A DNA stretch of 24,283 nucleotides from Methylocystis sp. (GCA_022843525.1 JALHNR010000015.1:1-24283), one strand, 5' to 3'. Numbered from the stretch's first letter, positions 15,081 through 22,917 are shown. Translations and numbers: made by a program. Notes: a model not told the origin generated them from the letters alone.

Positions 15081-15131
15081 TATATTAGATGCGACCATTC
15101 CGCGCTGCGTTCCCGATGCAGGAATATTTTT
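15081..15131 (-). promoter_or_regulatory. ECF (RpoE/AlgU-type) promoter-like element, copy B
   Basis: The minus strand reads TGCATCGGGAACGC-N17-TCTAATATA. GGAAC is the complement of 15109-15113 and TCTAA the complement of 15085-15089. It matches copy A at roughly four of five positions over about 52 nt. Confidence 0.45.
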
Positions 15132-15231
15132 GGCTTTAGGCGTGTGGCCGGGTTTGTTCGCTTGGGCGCGAGCATCGAGGCGTTGCTCGAAGCTCTGGCG
15201 TCGAAGCGCTGCCAATGCTGCGAGCGGCGGA

Positions 15232-15759
15232 CTACGGATAGATAACGGCGCCGTCAGGTTGAATGACCGCGCCTGGAGTGAGATGGGCCGGCTCCAGACG
15301 ACCTTCCCCCAAAATGTGGAAAACGGTCTCCCCGCTGGCGATAAGATAATCGGCGACGATGCGGCGGTGGCATCGCCACCATACGGCTTCCGAACACATG
15401 ATGGTACAGCGCCGCTTGCGTCCTCTGTCCAAGAGGTGTTGGAGGCCTGCCTGAAACTGTGTAGTAAGCGCATAATCGGCGTAGTTGTGGAAACTCTCGT
15501 TCGTCCAGAAGGCGTTGACAGTCGGAGATATGCCGCGTGACCTTCCACGAAGGCCACCGAGGGCAGCCATATGTTCATAAGAGATGGCGACGGCCGCCAA
15601 GGCGCCGGGAAGCGTGTTCTTGTCAAACTGTGGATTGGTTCGTGACTTCGGAATCGTTCTGATGTCCGCGACAAGAGCGATATCGGCTTCGCGCAGCAGA
15701 CCGATGAAAGCCTCGAGGGTTCGGTTGGAATGGCCGATGGTGAAAAACGGAAGCTTCAC
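15232..15759 (-). CDS. DUF488 family protein
   Basis: 175 aa with the DUF488 pattern FTIGHSNRTLEAFIGLL, VADIRTIPKSRTNPQF and IMCSEAVWWRCHRRIVADYL. Confidence 0.8.
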   Translation of the reverse strand: MKLPFFTIGHSNRTLEAFIGLLREADIALVADIRTIPKSRTNPQFDKNTLPGALAAVAISYEHMAALGGLRGRSRGISPTVNAFWTNESFHNYADYALTTQFQAGLQHLLDRGRKRRCTIMCSEAVWWRCHRRIVADYLIASGETVFHILGEGRLEPAHLTPGAVIQPDGAVIYP

Positions 15760-15771
15760 GCGCGGCCTTCG

Positions 15772-15981
15772 TTATGCATAGTCGAGCGCGCCGCCCTTAT
15801 GCGCTGCGATGTGATCTGTCTTGTCGCTTTTGATTTCGTACTGGGGATCGTCTTTCGACGCGTGATGCGTGTGGCCTTTATAATCGAAATCTCTAATGTG
15901 AATGGCGATGATAGTCCCCGACACGCGTCCGGCCTCGGAGTTCCAGCTCACATGATCGCCGATCTTAAACTTCCGTGCCAT
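15772..15981 (-). CDS. DUF2945 (HVA/Tudor-like) small protein
   Basis: 69 aa: KFKIGDHVSWNSEAGRVSGTII ... DDPQYEIKSDKTDHIAAHKGGAL matches the DUF2945 pattern. It lies 12 nt upstream of DUF488 on the same strand. Confidence 0.75.
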   Translation of the reverse strand: MARKFKIGDHVSWNSEAGRVSGTIIAIHIRDFDYKGHTHHASKDDPQYEIKSDKTDHIAAHKGGALDYA

Positions 15982-16064
15982 CGCTGCGTCCTCCCGGTTC
16001 CAAGAAGCGCTTCTCCCAAACAGATGGATCCGAAGTCTACGCCCGGCGCCAGCACCACGGAAGC

Positions 16065-16770
16065 CTAGGTCGTCGGCAGCCGGAAGGTGAAGGTCTCCAG
16101 AAAATTCAGTTCGACGGCCGTGCTGGAATAGCTCGTGTAACCAACGGATATGTCCCGACCGATATCTAACTCGAAGTCACCGCTGCAGGTCGTGCGCACG
16201 ACGCTGCCTTCAATGGCGGGCGCCAGATGATCCCTCCGTCCACCATACGCTCAAGATGGTGAAAAACCGGATAGCCCTGGACGCTTCCGCCACTCGCGGC
16301 GGTGTAGGTGTCTAGCCCGAGCACGAGCGCGTACGGACCGTGTCGCCGGCGAGCCGCAACTGGCTGACCCGCCTGAGCGAGGCGCTTGGGTAACCCGGAC
16401 GTTGGAAGGCAGCACAACGCCCTGATTGCTGCTGGCCTCGCGAATGGTGAATGCCTGCCGCAGCGTACCCATCGGACACAGCGCGATCCTTTGCAAAGGG
16501 GATTTCCCGGGCACCCAATCTGAATCCATTGCGCCGCGCTCCACGTCGTCGATCGCTTGCCGCGTCAGACCGTCTGGAATACGATCCAGAACGACTTGCC
16601 GACCCTGAAACAGCAGATGACGACGGGGACGAAGATGACTGCTGAATGGGACAGGTTCACGCTACGGAAATTGCCATGCTGAGGCTGATCCTGATAGCAA
16701 ACAGCCACGTTACCATTTTGCCAAGCCTTTGTATCAACCCGCCAATTCTGAATCCAACAATGGGCACGCA
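16065..16770 (-). pseudogene. Family-1 encapsulin shell protein gene, heavily frameshifted
   Basis: Encapsulin-like segments are spread over all three minus frames. They are PQHGNFRSVNLS; LTRQAIDDVERGAMDSDWVPGK; EIPFAKDRAVSDGYAAAGIH; REASSNQGVVLP; HGPYALVLGLDTYTAASGGSVQGYPVFHHLERMVDGGIIWRPP; and SGDFELDIGRDISVGYTSYSSTAVELNFLETFTFRLPTT followed by a stop. Confidence 0.7.
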
Positions 16771-17054
16771 ATTAGCCGATGAAGACGGCAAAGATGCAGC
16801 TTGCGTGATCGGTGAGCAATTTTCTGTCTTTCACCAAGGATGGCGTCCCGTCTGATGTTCTTCCTGCTACTTTCACCATTGACAGGCTTAGGTCCGACTC
16901 AGTTATCCTTGTCACGGCGATCGAGTTCGCGCTCAACCGCCTGCGGCTGATGACCCCTGCTCTACATTGTGTCGGAGTCCGTCGTTGCTCTAGTCGACAA
17001 CCGCGGATGATGTCGCGTAATACCGCCCAGTAGCGATTATAGAACGGAGCGAGG

Positions 17055-18647
17055 GTGGCGATCATGGATAGGCCGGCCCGAATGATAGGCTGGCGATTCC
17101 TGCTGCTGAATGGCGCGGCGGGGGCGGCGAATGTCGTCATGCTCTCGAACGTTCCGGGCTACACGGTGCTCGCGCCCTATGCCGCCGGCAGTCTGCAGGG
17201 CGTGACGCCGAGCTTCGGCACCTGGGCGACCACCGACCACATGGTGGGAATCGCGCTCGGCCTGCCACTGTCGCGGTGGTTCTCCGGGCGCTTCGGCGAC
17301 TATCGCGTGCTGATCGGCGCGCTCGTTGTCTACGCCATCTTCTCGCTGATGTGCGCGGCGAGCGAAACCATCTGGTTTTTCGCGCCGATGCGCTTTCTCC
17401 TCGGACTTGCCGGCGGCGTCGCCCTTCCGCTCGCCCAATCCGTGACGCTTGCGCAATATCCGGATCACCAGCGCACGCTCGGCGTCGGCTTCTGGGGCGT
17501 CATGAGCATGGCGCCCTTCACCATCGGCGTATTCATGGGCGGCTTCTGGGCCGAATATTTCGACTGGCGCTGGCTATTTTATTCCAACGTCTTGGTCGTG
17601 ATGCCCGTCGCGGCGATCATCGCCGCGCTGTTCTACCGGCGCGGCTTTCAGCGCCGCATGACGCGCTTCGATACGATCGGCTTCATTCTGCTCGCCGCGG
17701 TGCTGCTCGGCGTGCAGACGATTCTCAACATGGGCAATGATTTCGACTGGTTCGCGGAGCCTCTCCTCGGATGGCTGCTGCTCGTCGTGCTGCTGGCGCT
17801 GCCGATGTTCATCTTTTGGGAGTTCGGCGAACGACGGCCCGCGCTAGACCTGCGTCTGTTTCTGCATCGCAACTTCGCCATCGCGACTTTCTGCTCGATC
17901 GTCGGCTTCCTGGTGATTCAGGGCCTGCTCTCGGTGTTCATCGTGCAATTGCAGGTGCTGCTCGGCTACACGTCCTCGCTCGCCGGCATGGTCTATCTGA
18001 TCATGATTTTTCTGGCGATGGCGGCCGCGGCCGTCGTGCATGAAATCACGAGGAACGTCGACGCGCGACTGATCGTGTTCCTCAACTTCATCGGTCTCGC
18101 AGTGACCTTTGTCTGGCTCGGACAATACGACAAGAACGCCTATTTCGATGACGTCAAGACGCCGATGTTCTTTTTCGGCTTCTCGCTCGCGATGTTTTTT
18201 GCGCCGCTCGCTACCCTCGCCATGACCGGGCTCGTCGGCGAACGACTGATCCGCGCGGCGGAAGAGCTCGCGATGCTGCGCACCGTGGCCGGCGCCCTGG
18301 GCATCTCGCTGCTCGGCGTTCTCTTCTTCCGCCGAACGCCGTTCCATCAGCTCGATCTCGCCGATCATTTCGGCGGACGGCGCTTCGCCTCGCTCGACCT
18401 GCTCGCCACTTTCCTGGATCGCATGCAGGCGATGGGCATGTCGCCCACCGCCGCGCAGAGCCGCGCGGCGCAGCTCATTCGACAGCAGGCGTCGATCCTC
18501 GCGCTCAACGACGTCTTTCTGTTCGGCGCAATGGCGTTCATCCTGCTCTCGGGAGTCGTCTGGCTCGCCTATCCAAGCTACGCGTCCAAGAAGCGCAAAC
18601 AATCGCTAACACGGCTTTCCGCCGAGGAACTGATGGAGCAGCCCTGA
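17055..18647 (+). CDS. MFS transporter, DHA2 (EmrB/QacA-like, 14-TMS) family
   Basis: 530-aa ORF with about 14 hydrophobic segments. MFS motif-like loops are LSRWFSGRFGDYRVL and LGLAGGVALPLAQS. The central and C-terminal extra helices are typical of DHA2. No membrane-fusion (EmrA) partner is adjacent. Confidence 0.8.
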   Translation: MAIMDRPARMIGWRFLLLNGAAGAANVVMLSNVPGYTVLAPYAAGSLQGVTPSFGTWATTDHMVGIALGLPLSRWFSGRFGDYRVLIGALVVYAIFSLMCAASETIWFFAPMRFLLGLAGGVALPLAQSVTLAQYPDHQRTLGVGFWGVMSMAPFTIGVFMGGFWAEYFDWRWLFYSNVLVVMPVAAIIAALFYRRGFQRRMTRFDTIGFILLAAVLLGVQTILNMGNDFDWFAEPLLGWLLLVVLLALPMFIFWEFGERRPALDLRLFLHRNFAIATFCSIVGFLVIQGLLSVFIVQLQVLLGYTSSLAGMVYLIMIFLAMAAAAVVHEITRNVDARLIVFLNFIGLAVTFVWLGQYDKNAYFDDVKTPMFFFGFSLAMFFAPLATLAMTGLVGERLIRAAEELAMLRTVAGALGISLLGVLFFRRTPFHQLDLADHFGGRRFASLDLLATFLDRMQAMGMSPTAAQSRAAQLIRQQASILALNDVFLFGAMAFILLSGVVWLAYPSYASKKRKQSLTRLSAEELMEQP

Positions 18648-18689
18648 GAGACCGTTTGAGAATGGTTGCGACGGAGATAGGGGCGTGAT

Positions 18690-19310
18690 TCAAGCTCGGG
18701 ATTTGAAGCTCGGCGTGATGCGGCCCCCGATGACGGCGATGAGCATGACGAGGGTCGCGACGCCGACGCGGGCCCCCAAGGTGCCCATAGCGTCAAGGCC
18801 CATCGCTTCGAGATGCGTGAGCAAATTCCCGATGAAGAGAAGCGCGAGAGCGGCAACCATGGGTAAGTTGCGCCAGTTCCGCCCCGTGGCGATCTCGCGC
18901 GCGACAACGAAGATAAAGACAGTCGGGAAAGCGAGATCGAGCGCCGCGGAGAAAAGCGCAGGCGTGCTATTCGAAGTCAGGACGGCGATGCGCCCAAGCA
19001 GCCAGAGAGCGACGAGTCCGGTGAGGGGCGCGCCTTGTAAGGACAGCCGACCAGTCCAGTTTGGAATAGCCGTCAGCAAAAAGCCCGCGACGACCGCGCC
19101 GCCAAAACCGAAGGCCATTTCATGCGCGTGCCAGAGAGAGGGCGGGAAGCGTGTCGGCAGTTCGGCCGTCTCCAGATAGGCGATGGAGAGCGGCAGCCCC
19201 ACGGCGGCCCAGAGTGCGGCAAAGAGAAAGAACGGACGGAATCCCGCTGAAAGAAAGATCGCCAGAGGGTTTTGACTCGCCTGAGCGCGACATCGCTGAA
19301 TCGGAGGCAT
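18690..19310 (-). pseudogene. nnrS: Truncated second copy of nnrS (first roughly 200 codons only)
   Basis: From ATG (complement of 19308-19310) it reads MPPIQRCRAQASQNPLAIFLSAGFRPFFLFAALWAA...GGRITPSF, then diverges (KSRA-stop). By my count there are about 16 substitutions and one codon indel versus the full copy over about 200 aa. The 268-aa track ORF is a spurious 5' extension. Confidence 0.85.
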
Positions 19311-19334
19311 CGCTGACTTCCCCGGAATGAACGC
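18704..19334 (-). repeat. Right copy of the roughly 0.63-kb nnrS 5' direct repeat
   Basis: It pairs with 10461-11097 in the same orientation. At the inner junction, AAGCTCGG occurs twice, at 18692-18699 and 18706-18713, straddling the point where similarity begins. Confidence 0.85.
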
Positions 19335-19929
19335 TCCGCGCCATCTAATGAATTTACTCGGTTCTTTCCTACTTCCTGTTGCGGCGGTCGCTACACAGCA
19401 AGCAGACGCGGCCTCCTTGTAATTTGTCCCCGAGCCAAGGGATCGGCTCGAGATGGAGACCTTTGCCCGAATCGCGCAGCGTGGGTAACGATACATCGAA
19501 GAGGGGTCTGCGTCATTTTACAGGATTTGCATTGCCAAAGCGGTCTTCTGCATCTCGATAGCGCCTGACAAAGAAATCGAATTTGGGCTCGGGCACGGAG
19601 TGGCCGAAACCATCACCCTCCGCCGCATCGCTCTGTAGTGTGTCGCGTGAATGACTTCGGCGAGACGGATTTCATGGATCCGCTCCATCAAGGCGCTGAA
19701 TTTCGGCTTCCTTCTTGAGCCAGAAGCGCCCGATTTGCTCGGCGATAATACGCTCGATCTCGGGCACGAGCCGAATGCGCCTTCCGGCGTTCCTCGCTGT
19801 TGTTGTGCGAGACTCGAAATAAGTCGTGTGCACAGAAAACGCGACGCCATACGAAAGTAAGGTTGACCTTGGGATATCGAATCGCCTGAGGCGGCTCTCG
19901 AAACAGGTCACGCCCGCTGGCGACCGCCG

Positions 19930-20109
19930 TTACAACGCACGGATTTCATCATTTTGCCCAGAGACATAAACCTCGACGCCGTCGAGACGCGAAACGATCG
20001 GTCGGATGCTTTCGGCGGGCAGCATTGAAAAGGCCGTAGAAAGCGCATCGGCGATCGTCGCGGTCTGAGCGATCCATTCCGCTTTACAGCCTGTGAAGAT
20101 GAAGCGTCG
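19930..20109 (-). pseudogene. ApbE/NosX-family (FAD:protein FMN transferase) C-terminal fragment
   Basis: The open frame of 59 codons ends ...WIAQTATIADALSTAFSMLPAESIRPIVSRLDGVEVYVSGQNDEIRAL-stop. The T-A-x-x-A-D-A-L-S-T-A motif is characteristic of the ApbE C-terminus. An in-frame stop lies immediately upstream, so only the tail remains. Confidence 0.5.
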
Positions 20110-20149
20110 CTACCTCGCCGACGGCGCGATCACTTGCGCCACGCCGGTC

Positions 20150-20445
20150 ATGGCGGCCGAAGAGCTGGGCGCACGTCGACTTGTCGTGCTGCCGACCGGT
20201 CACGCCTGCATGCAGGTTCGTGAACTCCGCTGGATCAACTGGTGGAGATCCGTCGCAAGATTGCCGATTTAAAGCGGCTCAAGCGGGGGATGGAGGAAAT
20301 GGCGGCGCAGTGCAGCGGAAAGCGAACGCCCGAATGCGCGATCATCGACGCTCTTTTCGATACGCGGCATCCATCCGATGAACACCGTGGGCGTCAGCCG
20401 CCATCCAAGAGTGCGCGCGCGGCGAAGAGCGCCTTGCCGATCTAA
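20150..20445 (+). pseudogene. MerR-family (CueR-like) regulator remnant lacking the N-terminal HTH
   Basis: It reads LDQLVEIRRKIADLKRLKRGMEEMAAQCSGKRTPECAIIDALF. This is the dimerisation helix plus a C-x7-C metal loop as in Cu(I)-sensing MerR proteins. An in-frame TGA lies 7 codons upstream of GTG 20242. The preceding GHACMQVRELR piece is in another frame. Confidence 0.55.
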
Positions 20446-21220
20446 AACGCTGTCACGGCTGTCGGCTGGCGTCCCTCGCTGGCATCTGCCGAATTGGGCC
20501 GGTTAGATGAACGAACGGGGTGACAAAAACTGTCGATGTTGCGGAGCCGCTCAAGGCGATTAGGCGCCATAACCTGGCGCAACAACTTTCGTCTGAATTT
20601 CCAAACGGCGGCGAATGGCGCCGCCGGCTCATGTTTCTCGCTTCTTCCGTTCCTTTCGTGCGCCTCTTCTGATTGCGTCATCGCCGGCGCAAGCCGAGTG
20701 CTCGTCTGTTCAGATCTTGACCGGGATCGCCGCTGTTTTTGCACTCCGCATCGTTGAGCCGCTTCGTTTATCGGTCACCTTCGTACGCCGCGGAATTGCG
20801 GGCGTCGTTGTTCCCCAAAGTCGTTTTGCCTGGCGCAGTGCCTATTCTTTGCCGGTTGGACCCGTGATTGTGGACTGCCGTGAGATCGAAGCGAGCCCCT
20901 CGTCAAGGTTCACGAGGTCTGATTTCCCGACGATCGGAATTCGCAGCGACTTTCCCATCGCTCTCCGTTGCGCCCGCCCGCCTCCGTTGCATGGCGTTTG
21001 GTCCTATGGCCGCAGTCGCCACCCAAAACCCTGCGGCCGCAACGATTTTCCCCTTGGCGCTCAAGCGCCAATTCCTCGCGCAACAAAATCGCCGCGGCCT
21101 TAGGGTCCTCCGCTTCTCACTTCGGCCTCGCGCTTTCCGGCGCTTCGGTTATGGCGTCGCCTTTTGCGGCCATCACGGACAGCCATCGCAACCGGGGCAA
21201 ACGCCCCAACGATGGAGAGC

Positions 21221-21593
21221 ATGATGAAGACTTTCGCGGAATTCCAAATCCTCGGCCGCATCAACAAGGCAGACGACACGCGTTTCGATCTGCGCCAACT
21301 ACGCATTCAAGGACCGCAACGGCGAGACGAAGGACAAGCCCTATTGGAACGAGATTACGATCTGGAGCGAGAGCGCGCGCAAATACGTCTGTGACTATGC
21401 GAAGCCCGGCGATCTCGTTGTAGCGCGCGGCACGCTGAAGCAGGGAAGCTTCGAGACGGACGGCGAGAAGGTCTATACTGTCGACCTCAACTGCGACGAC
21501 TTCTCGATCCTCGCCTCCGCTAAGATGGACAAGTCCGACGAGGAAACCGAGGCGGCGCCCGAGATGACGAAGAAGACCGCAAGACGCAAGTGA
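21221..21593 (+). pseudogene. ssb: Plasmid/ICE-type single-stranded DNA-binding (OB-fold) protein gene with a frameshift
   Basis: Frame A reads MMKTFAEFQILGRINKADDTRF. After about 21290 the sense continues in frame +1 as ANYAFKDRNGETKDKPYWNEITIWSESARKYVCDYAKPGDLVVARGTLKQGSFETDGEKVYTVDLNCDDFSIL, with an acidic/basic tail and TGA at 21591-21593. Confidence 0.6.
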
Positions 21594-21598
21594 ATCGA

Positions 21599-21626
21599 AC
21601 GAGGGGCGGCGAACGCCGCCCCTCGT
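21599..21626 (+). terminator. GC-rich 12-bp hairpin just after the ssb-like stop
   Basis: ACGAGGGGCGGC [GAAC] GCCGCCCCTCGT, read directly. It starts 6 nt after the stop, and no U-tract follows. Confidence 0.4.
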
Positions 21627-21646
21627 CCAGCTCGTATATCTTGCAT

Positions 21647-21983
21647 AGGGCGGTCCGAGTTTGTCCCGGACAAACGTTTTAGACTAGGCCTTGCCTTTAG
21701 AGCTCCCCAGAGCACGACAAGACTTTTCAGCAGTTTGCCCAAGGCAAACTTTTCGCCGCTCGCCGCGCAGGGGCGGGCCGAGTTTGTCCAGGACAACCTT
21801 TTTCGGCGACGCCAAATGTTGATCTCAGATTTTTCCAAGCGGTGAGATTGAGTTTCCCTGGGGCAAACATTCCCGCTTGGTTGCTGGAGTTTGTCCGGGA
21901 CAAACTTTTTTGGCGCCGGGCCTTGCCTTCAGAGCCCCCGAAAAGGCGACAAAGCTCGTGAGTCCAGCTTGCCCGGGGTAAGG
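21647..21983. repeat. Array of 5-6 palindromic repeats, consensus (G)AGTTTGYCC-n1-3-GGRCAAAC(TTTT): candidate centromere (parS), operator or iteron cluster
   Basis: Copies lie at 21657-21675, 21731-21749, 21780-21797, 21850-21868 and 21887-21905, with a degenerate copy at 21965-21983. Copies 1 and 5 share about 65 bp of extended flank (..GGCCTTGCCTTYAGAGCYCCC..CGACAA). Copies 1 and 3 share the left flank AGGGCGGKCCG. The array sits between the ssb-like gene and parA. Confidence 0.7.
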
Positions 21984-22168
21984 ACTTCGACGCCCTGGCG
22001 GGCGCAAATGACCGCTTGCCTCTCTTACCCCCGTGAAATTTTGCAGTGGTTCTCATTCGGCGCGCCGGGGCAAAAACTCCGGCGTCGAATCGATTCGAAT
22101 CGACAGAGCCAGAGGAGACAGACTATGACGGCCGCCAATCGAGATTGTCGTGACGACCGAGCAGCCTC

Positions 22169-22917
22169 ATGAAGGCGCTCGTCGTGAACAATGAGAAGGG
22201 CGGCGTCGGCAAGAGCACGATCGCCGTGCATCTCGCCTGGTATTTTGCAGAGCGCGGTAAACGCGTTCTTTTCCTCGACCTCGATCCACAGAGCAATGGC
22301 ACAACGACGCTTGCGGCGCATGCTGTTGGGATCGACGCCGCTGCCCTCTTTGCGCGCCCGGTCGCCGTTCCATCGATGGCGAGCGCTGGCATTCGGGTCC
22401 TGGGCGGCAGCGCCGCCTTGCGCGGCATCGTCGCCGTAGACGGCAAGCTAATCGAACAATTCCGCTCCAATATTAAAGACGCGTCGCGCGCCTATGACAT
22501 TGCGGTCATCGACACGCCGCCAACCTTCGGCGTGCGCAATCTCGCGGCGTTGATCGCAGGTCAGTTCGTGCTGGCGTCGATCGACCTCGACGACTACGCC
22601 TCGAGGGCATTGAAACGCTGCTCAAGCACATCCTCGGCGTGAAGCAGAAATACAATTCCGGCCTCGAGATCCTCGGACTGATCCCCAATTGGCTGCAGAC
22701 AACCTCGCCGCACCAGCGGGAGAATTTGAAGAGCCTCGTCCAGAGGTTCGGCACGAAATACCTGTTCGACGGCGTGATCCCGCAACGCTCGTAGATCGGC
22801 GAGGCGTTGGCGGAGAAAAAGCCGGTCTGGAACTTACCGAAGACAGCGGCGCGCGAGGCCGGCCGCGAGATGCGCATCGTATTCGACAAGCTCGCGACGA
22901 AAATGGAGATGGCATGA
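22169..22917 (+). pseudogene. parA: ParA/Soj-type partition ATPase gene with one frameshift and one in-frame TAG
   Basis: The deviant Walker A is NEKGGVGKST, with VLFLDLDPQSN and IAVIDTPP. The reading frame changes near 22590-22602 (DLDDYA / LEGIETLLKHILGVKQKY...GLIPNW). TAG at 22792-22794 interrupts IPQRS-*-IGEALAEKKPVW. The final TGA (22915-22917) overlaps the parB ATG. Confidence 0.85.

Noticed and set aside
16772-17140. A 122-aa minus-strand ORF and a 73-aa plus-strand ORF (16812-17033) in the gap between the encapsulin remnant and the MFS gene, considered as possible encapsulin cargo.
   Set aside because: There are no peroxidase or ferritin-like motifs and no C-terminal targeting-peptide-like tail. 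The minus ORF overlaps the MFS start. It is probably non-coding or unrecognisably decayed.
19335-19929. ORFs at 19518-19850 (-), 19672-19911 (-) and 19651-19860 (+), including the protein-like stretch RRIRLVPEIERIIAEQIGRFWLKKEAEIQRL / MERIHEIRLAEVIHATHYRAMRRR split between two minus frames.
   Set aside because: This may be another frameshifted remnant (a recombinase, or an RHH or plasmid protein?). I cannot match it to any family by eye, so no call is made. It needs BLASTX.
20446-21220. Overlapping ORFs at 20442-20744 (-), 20615-21103 (+), 20868-21224 (+) and 20968-21423 (+). Also the 8-2-8 palindrome TTGGCGCT-CA-AGCGCCAA at 21054-21071 and the short direct repeat CTCCGTTGC (two copies) near 20963-20990.
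   Set aside because: The translations are Arg/Ser/Pro-rich with no motifs and are mutually overlapping. The small repeats are too short to interpret. The region could hold oriT- or oriV-like DNA, but I cannot support that from sequence alone.
21647-21983. Whether the repeat array could be a CRISPR array, or a set of intrinsic terminators.
   Set aside because: The repeats are short palindromes with degenerate sequence and irregular spacing (37-78 bp), partly embedded in longer repeated flanks, and there are no cas genes. The stems are AT-rich and only 6-8 bp with minimal loops, which is poor for terminators. Protein-binding sites fit better.
22792-22794. Whether the in-frame TAG in parA (and the TAG at 12878-12880 in the patatin gene) signals stop-codon recoding.
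   Set aside because: Both genes also carry frameshifts, a TGA nonsense codon occurs in a third pseudogene, and TAG is used as a normal terminator nearby. Simple nonsense mutations are the economical explanation.
22689-22913. The 5' extension of the parB ORF back to 22689, giving the 427-aa track ORF.
   Set aside because: The extension is an Arg/Pro-rich frame overlapping the real parA coding frame. ATG 22914 forms the classic ATGA stop/start overlap with parA and begins the recognisable ParB sequence.
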